Source: a virus. Taken from it: DNA of 64,000 nucleotides. A program made the translations under genes and the position numbers. Numbering within the stretch: position 1 is the first letter of the stretch; each line of letters begins with the position of its first letter. Shown here one piece after another: positions 46,991-56,631 of this stretch. The stretch lies in IMG/VR virus record IMGVR_UViG_3300047560_001714, positions 32,001 through 96,000 of that record; one strand, 5' to 3'. The notes beneath the pieces were generated by a model. That model had not been told where the DNA came from and searched no databases. It saw only the letters and a list, made by a program, of their open reading frames with translations.

Positions 46991-47278
46991 ATGGATTACA
47001 CTGTATTATATGATCGGGTTTTAATTAAACCGATTGAAGAAAACAAAACATTAAGTTCTGGTATTGTTTTAGTAGCAGAACAAAAAAGTACAACCACCAC
47101 TGGTACAGTAATTGCAATTGGTGATGGAAAACAGTATGATAATGGTAAGATAATCCCATTAACAGTCCAAGTTGATGATAATGTGTTATTCATGAAAAAT
47201 ACCGGTATCCCAACTAAATTAGATGGCGTTGAATATCTTATCTTGCGAGAATCAGAAATTCTTGGTATCATAGAATAA
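46991..47278 (+). CDS. groES: Co-chaperonin GroES
   Basis: LYDRVLIK, SSGIVL, GTVIAIGDG, VQVDDNVLF, ILRESEILG. Confidence 0.9.
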   Translation: MDYTVLYDRVLIKPIEENKTLSSGIVLVAEQKSTTTTGTVIAIGDGKQYDNGKIIPLTVQVDDNVLFMKNTGIPTKLDGVEYLILRESEILGIIE

Positions 47279-47291
47279 AATATAGTATTAA

Positions 47292-47387
47292 AGGTTAATT
47301 TCCGCATACCATTTTTCTCCAGAGATGTACAAGACCCCATTGATCAGTGGTGAGATATGAAAAATCTCAAATATGATCATTAACCTG
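47292..47387 (+). ncRNA. CAGCA-stem variant L (CCGCAT linker)
   Basis: AGGTTAA-TTTCCGCAT...TTAACCT-G; inner TGATCA/TGATCA and TGAGAT-atgaaaa-ATCTCA hairpins. Confidence 0.5.
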
Positions 47388-47402
47388 ATTACCCATACCA
47401 AT

Positions 47403-47477
47403 GCACCAGTGACAGAATGGCTATGTAGCAGTCTGCAAAACTGTTTAATGCAGGTTCGACTCCTGTCTGGTGCTCCA
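47403..47477 (+). tRNA. tRNA-Cys(GCA)
   Basis: GCAGT-CTGCAAA-ACTGT, T discriminator, CCA. Confidence 0.95.
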
Positions 47478-47508
47478 AATAAATATGTTATAAACTAGGA
47501 GTATTGAC

Positions 47509-47808
47509 ATGCATCACGAACGATTATCAGAATATGCTGTAATCAGAGATAAACTTTCAACCCGCCGGGCATTTTTATTACATCTCATCGATGAGGATTC
47601 ATATGAACTTGTTGGAATCGTAAACTTTGAAACCGGCGAATTCCAAACAGAAAATATCGTTGAACCGGAGCACGATTTAGATGATTACCCATTTCTTTAT
47701 ACTGTAAAGGATACAGATTGGTATTGTCATCCAGATGATCACGACGCAATGATTAAAAAATATGCGGAAGAAAGTCTTAAAGAAACATTTAAAAAATTAA
47801 ATATTTAA
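47509..47808 (+). CDS. Hypothetical protein
   Basis: AGGAG SD. Confidence 0.55.
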   Translation: MHHERLSEYAVIRDKLSTRRAFLLHLIDEDSYELVGIVNFETGEFQTENIVEPEHDLDDYPFLYTVKDTDWYCHPDDHDAMIKKYAEESLKETFKKLNI

Positions 47809-47850
47809 TTTTACTTGACAACCGCCAAAAACCTGGTATAATTACCCACA

Positions 47851-47887
47851 TAGATTAGATACAGCAACTATTTTTTACACTAAACTG
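47851..47887 (+). promoter_or_regulatory. Minimal CAGCA-stem element M in the 5' UTR of the DUF2828 gene
   Basis: T-AGATTAG-ATACAGCAA...CTAAACT-G directly before the AAAGGTGA SD; promoter TTGACA 47815-20 / TATAAT 47837-42. Confidence 0.7.
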
Positions 47888-47900
47888 AAAGGTGAATTAC

Positions 47901-49304
47901 ATGACATTAATTGCAGAAAAAACAACAACAACAACAACAAATGGTATGGCGGCGTTAAACACATCAACGACAGCCCTTACCGATTTATTCTTTAACATTG
48001 GTGCTATGCGTGGTAAAGATATTATTCCACAATTCACCAGTGCATTATCTGAAAATCGTGAGTTAGCATTACGAATTGCACTATGGTCGCGTGATGCTCG
48101 TGGTGGCGCTGGTGAAAGACAACTTTTCAGAGATATTCTAAATCATTTAGAAAACACCGATGTTTCCGCCGCCGAAGCATTAGCAAACCGCGTTGGTGAA
48201 TTGGGCAGATGGGATGATTTGTTTGTGTTTAAAACCAAACATATGAAAGAATTTGGGTTTGAGTTAATTAAACAAGCGTTGGCAGCTAAGAATGGATTGG
48301 CAGCTAAATGGACCCCACGTAAAGGACCAATTTCGGTTGAATTACGCAAATACTTGGGTTGGAGTCCAAAGCATTATCGTAAAACATTGGTGGCATTGAC
48401 ATCAGTGGTTGAAACCCAAATGTGTGCTAATGATTGGGATAACATCAATTTCAGCCACGTGCCATCTGTTGCTAGTGCTAGATACAAAAAAGCTTTCAAT
48501 AGACATACACCTAAGTTTGCTGAATATGTTAATGCACTGGTTTCTGGTGATACATCAGTTAAAGTCAATGCTGGTGCAATCTATCCATATGATGTTTTAA
48601 GTGCGTTGAAAGGTTATAATGTTGATTCAACGATTAAAAACCATGTTATTGCACAATGGGCCGCATTACCAAACTTTGTTGGTGACGCTAATATTTTACC
48701 ATTAGTTGACGTTAGTGGTTCTATGTCGTGTTCAGCGGGTGGTAAAAACGCATCTCTAACTTGTATGGATGTTGCAGTTTCCCTTGGGTTGTATCTTTCA
48801 GATAAAAACTTAGGTGAATTCAAAAACAAGTTTATTACGTTTCATGAAAAACCAGAATTGATAACACTTGAAGGGGATATTGTTCAACAGAACCAGCAAA
48901 TGCTAAGATCAAAATGGGGCATGAGTACAAACTTGGAATCAGCATTTAACTTGATTTTAAATTTAGCAACCAGTTGCAATGTTCGTAACGCAGATATGCC
49001 AGAAATTTTGTTGATTTTATCGGATATGCAATTTAACCAGGCGGTTACATCTCCAAGTGATACCGCAATGGAAATGATTGAACGTGCATATGCCGCTGCT
49101 GGATATTCTGTTCCTAAAATTGTATTCTGGAATTTAAATGCAAGTGGGAATGTCCCAGTAACATCGGATAAATCTGGCGCAGCATTGGTATCTGGGTTCT
49201 CACCATCAATTATGACTAGTTTATTATCTGCCGATATGTCTGAGTTTACACCATACGGCATTATGATTAAAACAATCATGAATGAACGGTATGACCACCA
49301 GTAA
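47901..49304 (+). CDS. DUF2828-family protein (TROVE/Ro60-like helical ring plus vWA domain)
   Basis: RDARGGAGER, LGRWDDL, LAAKWTPR, VPSVASARY, MIDAS LVDVSGSM, SDMQFN, IVFWNL, ALVSGFS. Confidence 0.85.
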   Translation: MTLIAEKTTTTTTNGMAALNTSTTALTDLFFNIGAMRGKDIIPQFTSALSENRELALRIALWSRDARGGAGERQLFRDILNHLENTDVSAAEALANRVGELGRWDDLFVFKTKHMKEFGFELIKQALAAKNGLAAKWTPRKGPISVELRKYLGWSPKHYRKTLVALTSVVETQMCANDWDNINFSHVPSVASARYKKAFNRHTPKFAEYVNALVSGDTSVKVNAGAIYPYDVLSALKGYNVDSTIKNHVIAQWAALPNFVGDANILPLVDVSGSMSCSAGGKNASLTCMDVAVSLGLYLSDKNLGEFKNKFITFHEKPELITLEGDIVQQNQQMLRSKWGMSTNLESAFNLILNLATSCNVRNADMPEILLILSDMQFNQAVTSPSDTAMEMIERAYAAAGYSVPKIVFWNLNASGNVPVTSDKSGAALVSGFSPSIMTSLLSADMSEFTPYGIMIKTIMNERYDHQ

Positions 49305-49309
49305 TAACA

Positions 49310-49336
49310 GTGGAGGGGTTTTACCCCTCCTTTTTT
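49310..49336 (+). terminator. Rho-independent terminator
   Basis: GGAGGGGT-ttt-ACCCCTCC plus U-run. Confidence 0.8.
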
Positions 49337-49359
49337 CAACCCCCTTATATATAAAACAA

Positions 49360-49647
49360 ATGAATATTGAGATTGCACCAACCGACCATATATTAACAAA
49401 TTGGAAAGATGCCAACAGTTATTGCGAACATTTAGATTATGGTGGGAAACATGATTGGCGACTTCCGACTGTTGCTGAACTTGAAGAATTGCAACAAAGT
49501 TCAGAATATTCATACAAAGAGTTTTACTGGGCAAACAAAGCACAAAGTTACTTTTTATCTTGGGCAACAAATATGAGTACCGGGCTGTCAAAGTTGATTT
49601 TTAAAGACTATAAAGCATACGTGCTTCCAGTTAGAACAGTATCTTGA
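49360..49647 (+). CDS. DUF1566 (Lcl C-terminal) domain protein
   Basis: NWKDANSYCEHL...DWRLPTVAEL...YW. Confidence 0.8.
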   Translation: MNIEIAPTDHILTNWKDANSYCEHLDYGGKHDWRLPTVAELEELQQSSEYSYKEFYWANKAQSYFLSWATNMSTGLSKLIFKDYKAYVLPVRTVS

Positions 49648-49785
49648 TTTTTAGGCAGTTTCGGCACTGTATAACAGTATTACTGCCTCGGCTGAAGCGA
49701 AATGACCGAAATGGGCTGCTCTCACGGGGTTTCTGTAGTTGTACCTGACACACGAGAACAACTACATCTATTTTATGTGGATAAT

Positions 49786-50169
49786 ATGACAATTGAACCA
49801 AAACAAGTAATTGTAGTAAGAAAAGACCTTAACATGCGCAAAGGTAAAATGATAAGCCAAGGCTGTCACGCATCCGTAGGCGCAGTTCTTAAATGTATGA
49901 ACAAAGTGAACAAAGGTGATGATAGTAATTTTGATGCCTTAGAAGAATGGTTAGCCGGTCGATTCACCAAAATTTGTGTGTATGTTGAAAGTGAAAAAGA
50001 ACTATTAGATATCTACGCAAATGCAAAGGATGCCGCACTTAATGTTAAATTGATTAAGGACGCTGGTTTAACTGAATTTAATGGGGTACCGACTTTAACT
50101 TGCTTGGCAATTGGGCCAGATTACCCAGACAAAATAGATAAAATAACTGGCCATTTAAAGCTGTTATAG
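49786..50169 (+). CDS. Peptidyl-tRNA hydrolase type 2 (Pth2)
   Basis: KQVIVVRKDLNMRKGKMISQGCHAS, FTKICV, DAGLTEF, TCLAIGP. Confidence 0.92.
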   Translation: MTIEPKQVIVVRKDLNMRKGKMISQGCHASVGAVLKCMNKVNKGDDSNFDALEEWLAGRFTKICVYVESEKELLDIYANAKDAALNVKLIKDAGLTEFNGVPTLTCLAIGPDYPDKIDKITGHLKLL

Positions 50170-50256
50170 AATATTTTCTCGGCTGATACTAGAGGTTGTA
50201 CCAAGTGTACAATATTTTGGTATCGGCCTTTACACTTCAAATCAATACAACTATTT

Positions 50257-50496
50257 TTGATGCTGTGTTTTCCACATATTAAACCAATGAACTATATAAA
50301 CCAACGATTACGAAAAATAACTCAATATTTTACTGAACAAAATTATACACTAAGCGAACACGATATAGATTTTATCGGTGACATTTTAGCAAATGCTATT
50401 ATTGCTGGTAAAATTGATGATGAATTATTCCGAGATGCTATAAAATGGCGACAAGAACTTAGAGACACTAAAAATGACACTATTAACGAAAATTAA
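50257..50496 (+). CDS. Hypothetical protein
   Basis: ORF track; start uncertain. Confidence 0.4.
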   Translation: MMLCFPHIKPMNYINQRLRKITQYFTEQNYTLSEHDIDFIGDILANAIIAGKIDDELFRDAIKWRQELRDTKNDTINEN

Positions 50497-50911
50497 AGAA
50501 GATCAGTTTGCCGCGAGAAAAAACGGAACTGATAAAATTAAAATATCATTACTTACCGTACTATTTAACGAAGCTATTAACGTGGGTTTCAATGATGGTA
50601 AACGTGACACCACCGATGCTGAAGTAATTACAGTAATAAAAAAATTGTTAAAAAGTATTGATGAATGTATTTCAGCCGGTTCGTCTAAAGGAATCGATAT
50701 CAGCCCATACGAGGTGGAACGAGATATTCTGAATACCTATTTACCCCAACAATTAACGTCCGCTGAGATTAAAGAATTAATACAAGACATCATCAAGCAC
50801 GGTGGTAAACCTGCTGGGATGAAATTTTTAAAAGAGAATCATGCCGGTAAATATGATGGTAAAATTGCATCCGCTGCCATCGATGAATTGCTCACCCAAA
50901 GTACTGGCTAA
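50474..50911 (+). CDS. GatB/YqeY domain protein
   Basis: IKEDQFAARK, EVITVIKK, ILNTYLPQQLT, MKFLKENHAGKYDGK. Confidence 0.85.
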   Translation: MTLLTKIKEDQFAARKNGTDKIKISLLTVLFNEAINVGFNDGKRDTTDAEVITVIKKLLKSIDECISAGSSKGIDISPYEVERDILNTYLPQQLTSAEIKELIQDIIKHGGKPAGMKFLKENHAGKYDGKIASAAIDELLTQSTG

Positions 50912-51230
50912 ATTTTTTCAATTCACCCTCTGAAAGATTATTCTTTGCGCGATTCGCACGAAATGATATTATTTCAATATTATCCTTAACATAACCCAAA
51001 GATGAATCTTTTCTATCAAAAGAATACGAGTCATCTTTGGGTGCTCCTCTATTCCATTTCAATGGTATCCCTAAGATTGGGCAAGTCAATGGCATCCCAA
51101 TTTCTTCAATATCTGAAACAGTTAAATCAAAATAAATCCCTCTTTTTTTAGCTGAACTTTTTAATCTTTTAATAATCTCTGCTGATGCTAATGGTTTTAA
51201 CAGTGTATTCATAATAATATTTATTGACAT
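50892..51230 (-). mobile_element. Small HNH-like endonuclease inserted antisense
   Basis: CPILGIPL, SFDRKDSSLGYVKDNIEIISFRANRAKN. Confidence 0.75.
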
Positions 51231-51281
51231 TTATTTTTTATTGTGTATAATTTGTATTTTATAACACAACTGGAGAATACA

Positions 51282-51656
51282 ATGACAGACTTTAACGCTG
51301 CGGCGGAATTGAAAGGGTTGCAAACCCAACTTGCAAAATCTATCGCAAACAAAGAGATTTTGCAAAATGATGTAAAACTTAAACAAAAAGAACTTGCTGA
51401 ATTGACAGATAAAATCAACGGTATGCAAACTAGAATTGCTGAAATAACATCCGATGAAAAAGAGCCTGTAATATCTGAACACGCTATTTTACGATATCTT
51501 GAACGTATTAAAGGACTTGATATTACGGCAATTAAAGATGAAATCTTGGATGAAAAAACCATTGCAAATATTAAGTTTATAAAACGTAATGGTAAAATTA
51601 AACGTGACGCGTTTAATTTAGTGGTTAAAGATAATATTGTGGTATCCATTTACTAA
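51282..51656 (+). CDS. Coiled-coil hypothetical protein
   Basis: GGAG SD; ISEHAILRYLERI motif. Confidence 0.65.
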   Translation: MTDFNAAAELKGLQTQLAKSIANKEILQNDVKLKQKELAELTDKINGMQTRIAEITSDEKEPVISEHAILRYLERIKGLDITAIKDEILDEKTIANIKFIKRNGKIKRDAFNLVVKDNIVVSIY

Positions 51657-51665
51657 GGAGGAAAC

Positions 51666-52217
51666 ATGGCGGTATATATAACTAGTGACTTGCATTTTCA
51701 TCACAAAAACATTCTTACGTTTAATAGTAACACTAGACCGTATCAATCAGTAGAACACATGAACGCAGAAATCATTCGTGAATGGAATAACACTGTTACT
51801 GATGATGATACCGTCTATATTTTAGGTGATGTTGGGTTGTGTTCACAACGTAAAGCTATCGATGCGATGGCGGCGTTAGCCGGAAGTAAAATTTTGATTC
51901 AAGGCAACCATGATAAGTACTTTGTTCAAAATAAACACTTTGTAAACTGCTTTACTGAAATTCATCAATATCTCGAAATAAAACATAACAAACATAAAAT
52001 ATGTATGTTTCATTTCCCTATATCAGAATGGCATGCGTGCCACCATGGAAGTATCCATCTACACGGACATTTACATGGGGCACCATCTGGACTTGAAAGG
52101 TATAGAGTTAGAGATGTTGGGATGGATGCAACTGGTAAAGTTGTATCATTGCTAGACGACATTTTAGCAGACGCATTAACAGGTGAAATTAAAAATCATG
52201 GTGGAATAAATGGATAG
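51666..52217 (+). CDS. Calcineurin-like metallophosphoesterase
   Basis: SDLHFHH, ILGDVG, QGNHD, LHGHLHG, DVGMD. Confidence 0.9.
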   Translation: MAVYITSDLHFHHKNILTFNSNTRPYQSVEHMNAEIIREWNNTVTDDDTVYILGDVGLCSQRKAIDAMAALAGSKILIQGNHDKYFVQNKHFVNCFTEIHQYLEIKHNKHKICMFHFPISEWHACHHGSIHLHGHLHGAPSGLERYRVRDVGMDATGKVVSLLDDILADALTGEIKNHGGING

Positions 52218-53109
52218 ATATATTACTAGTGCCGATATGAAACAATTTGTAGAAACCAATCCAGAATTGGTAACATGCAAACAATCATCCTATGATAATG
52301 TTTATGTGTTGAAATACAAACGTAAAGTATTCTATGATAATTTATGGAATGACTTTTTGGAAGAATGTCGTGGTACATTAGTCGATAAAGATTATAACGT
52401 GGTATCACGACCATTTACTAAAATCTATAACTACGGTGTTGAAGAAAATGCTCCAAAGTTAGATGATGCTACACGGGTGCGAGCGTTTAGAAAAGTCAAT
52501 GGTTTCATGGTGGCAATTACTTGGCATAACGGTGATATACTAGTTAGCACCACTGGCTCAACTGATTCTGATTTTGTGAAAATGGCATACGACCATATTG
52601 ATATTGCCGCATATCGTGAAGTATGTCACAATTGGAACGGCTATACGTTTATGTTTGAATGTGTTCATGAAAATGATCCACATATTATCCAAGAAAAAAC
52701 AGGAATGTATGTACTTGGCTTTCGTAAGAATTCTTGGATTAGTAATGTTGAAGTAGATCCAGGTGTGCTGTATGTGTTGGCAAAACAATTTAACTGCTAT
52801 ACACCAGAATTTATTGAAACGAATGTGTGTAATTTGATTAGATTGGCCAAATGTGTAAAACATGAAGGCTATGTCGCATACACGGCCAACGGGTATCATT
52901 CATTTAAAATAAAATCACCTTTCTACTTAGTGTCAAAACTAATGGCAAGAGTGAAAGATACTAGTAAACTACTTGGTAATAATGTCAAAAATCGAGTGGA
53001 TGAAGAATTCTACCCATTGGTTGACCACATTAAATCCAATGTTGAAAGTTTTGAAATCATGACAGAACAACAACGTCTGCAATTAATTAGAGAATTTCTC
53101 GGATCATAA
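52210..53109 (+). CDS. RNA ligase 1 (T4 RnlA-like)
   Basis: ECRGTLVD, SRPFTKIYN, RKVNGFM (motif I), STTGS, TFMFE, EGYV, FKIKS. Confidence 0.85.
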   Translation: MDRYITSADMKQFVETNPELVTCKQSSYDNVYVLKYKRKVFYDNLWNDFLEECRGTLVDKDYNVVSRPFTKIYNYGVEENAPKLDDATRVRAFRKVNGFMVAITWHNGDILVSTTGSTDSDFVKMAYDHIDIAAYREVCHNWNGYTFMFECVHENDPHIIQEKTGMYVLGFRKNSWISNVEVDPGVLYVLAKQFNCYTPEFIETNVCNLIRLAKCVKHEGYVAYTANGYHSFKIKSPFYLVSKLMARVKDTSKLLGNNVKNRVDEEFYPLVDHIKSNVESFEIMTEQQRLQLIREFLGS

Positions 53110-53110
53110 T

Positions 53111-53746
53111 ATGGTTTTGACGTTGAATACCTCTGGAAGTACTGCTGACCCAAAATGTATCACACATCAAAATATACTTCATCATGCACAAAGATGCGTC
53201 GATGAGGTTAATTTGACCAGTTCAGACATTGTGTTGGACGTATTTCCATCTAACGTGATTGCACATTACACTATAACAGCGGTACCAGCGTTAATTGCTG
53301 GTGCCCATTTAGTTTCAATGATGTTCGACCCATACCAATATATAAAAACATTTAATCAATATCAGCCAACGTATATTTCATTGATCCCTAGACATATTAC
53401 CATTCTAGAAAAAACAAAAGAATGGGCAAATTTAGATATGTCATCGGTTAGGTATATGGTCACGGGCAGTCAGCCTGTACCACAACAGATGATTGATATG
53501 TTACTTTCAAAAGGTGTGAAATTGGTTGCTAACTGGTATGGAATGACAGAATTCCCTCCACCCGTGATGATTGGGTATAATTCAGAATGCTTTGAAACAA
53601 TCTCTAACCATTATGCGGTAACTTTTGCACAAGATGGTGAATGTATAATAAATGGCGCACCAACTGGTGATATATTTGATACAACCAGAAATTTATTTCT
53701 GTATAGAAAAAATGGCAATCAAAATTTAACTTGGAAAACCAAGTAA
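53111..53746 (+). CDS. Short AMP-binding (acyl-CoA synthetase-like) protein
   Basis: TSGSTADPK, NWYGMTE, TGDIF. Confidence 0.75.
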   Translation: MVLTLNTSGSTADPKCITHQNILHHAQRCVDEVNLTSSDIVLDVFPSNVIAHYTITAVPALIAGAHLVSMMFDPYQYIKTFNQYQPTYISLIPRHITILEKTKEWANLDMSSVRYMVTGSQPVPQQMIDMLLSKGVKLVANWYGMTEFPPPVMIGYNSECFETISNHYAVTFAQDGECIINGAPTGDIFDTTRNLFLYRKNGNQNLTWKTK

Positions 53747-54346
53747 ATCTAATGCTAATTTACGCTCGTTGTAATAATTATCCACATTTATTCGCCATAC
53801 TGTTTGAGATGTTGAATAAAGCATAAAATTGTCATAAACTTTTTCAATCACCCCAGTCTTTGCCACTAATGGCATTATTCGTGAATCTAATCGTTGACTA
53901 GACGCAAAATGGGTCTTATTAGAGAGGTTATTAGTAGTTAAATAGAACTCAGCGTTATTATATAAACTAGAAATATATTCAATTTGTAGCCACAAGAATA
54001 AACTAATATGCATACCGGTATGCATAACATTTTTACTAAATCTATTTGACAATAAATATCCTGGTAGTTGCGCCCCTCTGAATAAACATCTCCACGCATT
54101 CTCACCAATTTCAGGAAGTTGATGTACCCCAGCCAAAGACCATATCTTATTTTGTAAATGATCAAATCCAATAAAAAAAGCCCCATATGGCATTACCATC
54201 GTCTGTAATTTAATTGAATTAAAATCACTATTATTTGCCCATCCGAATTCTTTACATGTATTGCAAAATACTTGTAACTTTGGAAAATCCGAAACTTGCA
54301 GCAGTCTAATTTCTAAATGTGGGTGGGTTGGGATAAAAAAATTCAT
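53726..54346 (-). CDS. Hypothetical protein (possible GNAT-like)
   Basis: 206-aa ORF coupled to the upstream oxygenase. Confidence 0.5.
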   Translation of the reverse strand: MNFFIPTHPHLEIRLLQVSDFPKLQVFCNTCKEFGWANNSDFNSIKLQTMVMPYGAFFIGFDHLQNKIWSLAGVHQLPEIGENAWRCLFRGAQLPGYLLSNRFSKNVMHTGMHISLFLWLQIEYISSLYNNAEFYLTTNNLSNKTHFASSQRLDSRIMPLVAKTGVIEKVYDNFMLYSTSQTVWRINVDNYYNERKLALDLLGFPS

Positions 54347-54993
54347 ACCATCAAACTCAATAGTATGTCGTGGGTTCGTTGATTTAATTTAACTGTTAAA
54401 ATTAAATTATATAAATTATCAGTAAAACTAATTACACTATGCGAAATTTGAAAATTTACAAAATAAACATCCCCTGCGTCTGGATAGAATGGTTTCTGTC
54501 CTAAAATTTGAACATAATCTGTGTTCTTACAATTTCCAAATACACAACAGATTCGAAAGTATTCTGGGGCAATGCCTTGAAAGTCTCTATGTGGCGGAAA
54601 ATATCCACCCGTATCAACCCTCAATAAATGTACCCGCCCAATATCTGGGTTAAATAAATCCACTAATTTTCTTAATTCTGGTATTTTATAATAAACCTCA
54701 GTTGGTGTTGTAAAATCCGACTCTTGTAACAACGTATTATGATATTTCTGCATATAACCAAAACTATTTAAATGGTAATTATCCATTACATCACCGCTGT
54801 GGCTGGTGATCGGCAAACCCCATCTATTATTATTTTTGTCTTTTTTAATGTTATATGGGCACCAATTATCTTGAAATTCCACCAACTGCTGTATTACCTC
54901 ATCTTGTAAAATACTAATATTTAACTTACGGAAAGGTGCGGTTTTCACTAGGTTATCCCATAATAATGCGCGGTCTATTATATCTGAATTCAT
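54343..54993 (-). CDS. AspH-like 2OG-Fe(II) oxygenase
   Basis: RVHLLRVDTGGYFPPHRD...HSV...NLIL. Confidence 0.75.
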   Translation of the reverse strand: MNSDIIDRALLWDNLVKTAPFRKLNISILQDEVIQQLVEFQDNWCPYNIKKDKNNNRWGLPITSHSGDVMDNYHLNSFGYMQKYHNTLLQESDFTTPTEVYYKIPELRKLVDLFNPDIGRVHLLRVDTGGYFPPHRDFQGIAPEYFRICCVFGNCKNTDYVQILGQKPFYPDAGDVYFVNFQISHSVISFTDNLYNLILTVKLNQRTHDILLSLMV

Positions 54994-55083
54994 AATTCAT
55001 ATTTAGTATACTGATAATGAATAACTTGCGATTTTTCATAAATACAAGAAAGATCTAATGATCATAAAACATGGAGATAGCAA

Positions 55084-56079
55084 ATGTCGCTACGATTAAG
55101 ACGAGGAACGGATGCAGATAGACAATCAGGTATTATCTTTGATCCGGGCGAATTAGTTTATACAACAGATACAAAAAAACTATATATAGGTGACGGGGTG
55201 GCGAATGGTGGAAACCACGTTTTAAAAACTTCCGCTGGTGTTGGATTAGTTTGGGATGATAGCACACAAACATTAAACATTGGTGCTGCAAACCTATCAA
55301 CTGGGTACATCAGTGAGGATTCAACCCACTTATATTTCACACCAGAACGCGCACAGGATGCGGTTGCAGGACTTTTTACGCATTCAACCCATAGTGGTAT
55401 AACATATGCGTACAATGACGTTGATAATATAATAACATCAACTGTAACCGTAAATATTGAATCAGATACATCACCATCATTGGGTGCGAATTTAGATTTG
55501 AATAGTCACAATATTACAGGAACTGGTAATATTAATATAGATGGTTCATATACTAATACCGCGTTAACATTATCAGCTAGTGTATTTACAACCGGTGATA
55601 ACGGATTAACTGTAAATTCAACTAGATCCAGAGTATTAGACCTGGTTACATTATCATCGCAAAATAGTATTCAAGGTATTTCTCATCTTGCTATCAGCGC
55701 ATCTAATGGTACGTTGGGTTCACCAACCCCGCTTGCATCCGATGACCATATAGGTGGTTTACTGTTCCGTGGATATAATTCATCAGCCAGCTGGACCGTT
55801 ACCTCTGGAATTTATTCTAAGTTGTCCGATTCCGCCGATATTGATACGCAGTTCCCATCATCCATTGTAAATATTTTTACTGGGACTAATTCGTCATCAA
55901 TGAATACGTTTTCGTTTACTGAAAAAGGTGTACTTAGCGCCCCGATTCTGAAAACAGCGTCGTATGCAACGAGTAATTACCCATCGACCCCCGAAGCTGG
56001 ATGGATTATCTACGATTCAACATTAAATCAATTCATTGGATATGCTGGTTCAACCAGAGGATGGATTGTTTTAGGGTAA
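55084..56079 (+). CDS. Virion structural (tail fibre/adhesin-like) protein
   Basis: LRLRRGT...GELVYTTDTKKLYIGDG N-terminal motif; EAGWIIYDST C-terminus; CATAAATA late promoter upstream. Confidence 0.75.
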   Translation: MSLRLRRGTDADRQSGIIFDPGELVYTTDTKKLYIGDGVANGGNHVLKTSAGVGLVWDDSTQTLNIGAANLSTGYISEDSTHLYFTPERAQDAVAGLFTHSTHSGITYAYNDVDNIITSTVTVNIESDTSPSLGANLDLNSHNITGTGNINIDGSYTNTALTLSASVFTTGDNGLTVNSTRSRVLDLVTLSSQNSIQGISHLAISASNGTLGSPTPLASDDHIGGLLFRGYNSSASWTVTSGIYSKLSDSADIDTQFPSSIVNIFTGTNSSSMNTFSFTEKGVLSAPILKTASYATSNYPSTPEAGWIIYDSTLNQFIGYAGSTRGWIVLG

Positions 56080-56123
56080 ATCACATAAATTAATGGCACT
56101 AATATAGTGCCATTAACATTTTT

Positions 56124-56630
56124 TTAAAAAGTATCTAAAATACTATTTATAATGTCATATGTTTCTTTACTAGAACCTAATTTAATTTCAAGGTAATAAA
56201 CACCATTGATAAAACTATGAAATGATATGTGCTTGCTAGTATTAAACAAATACAACGAATTTACTTGAATATTAACAATCTCACTATTTGAAACTAAATT
56301 GACATGTCCTTCATAATAATCACCAAAAAATAAAAATAGTGAAATAGTTTTAGGGTGATTATAAAATTCTGGAATATATCCCCCTAATGTAACTTTACGA
56401 ATATCTGCGCTTATTATTACCGCACTATCAAAAATATTCAAGACATTGGAAAGTTCATCACAGTTAATAATATCATTGGCCGTATTCGCTGGAATAGTTA
56501 AGATATTATTCTTATATTCACCCCACTGTATATCACCTTTAATATATTGATCCATATTATGAAACCTAGGTGACAACTTAATAAAATTACCCAGATTAAA
56601 TAAACTGCTACTATAAATGTCAAACTCCAT
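56124..56630 (-). CDS. Hypothetical protein (degenerate AspH-like)
   Basis: LGNFIKL, GGYIPE, LYLFNTSKHIS resemble the flanking oxygenases. Confidence 0.45.
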   Translation of the reverse strand: MEFDIYSSSLFNLGNFIKLSPRFHNMDQYIKGDIQWGEYKNNILTIPANTANDIINCDELSNVLNIFDSAVIISADIRKVTLGGYIPEFYNHPKTISLFLFFGDYYEGHVNLVSNSEIVNIQVNSLYLFNTSKHISFHSFINGVYYLEIKLGSSKETYDIINSILDTF

Positions 56631-56631
56631 T

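Noticed and set aside
47917-47940. (ACA)n microsatellite in the DUF2828 gene as a phase-variation switch
   Set aside because: A trinucleotide unit keeps the frame and only encodes a short Thr run.
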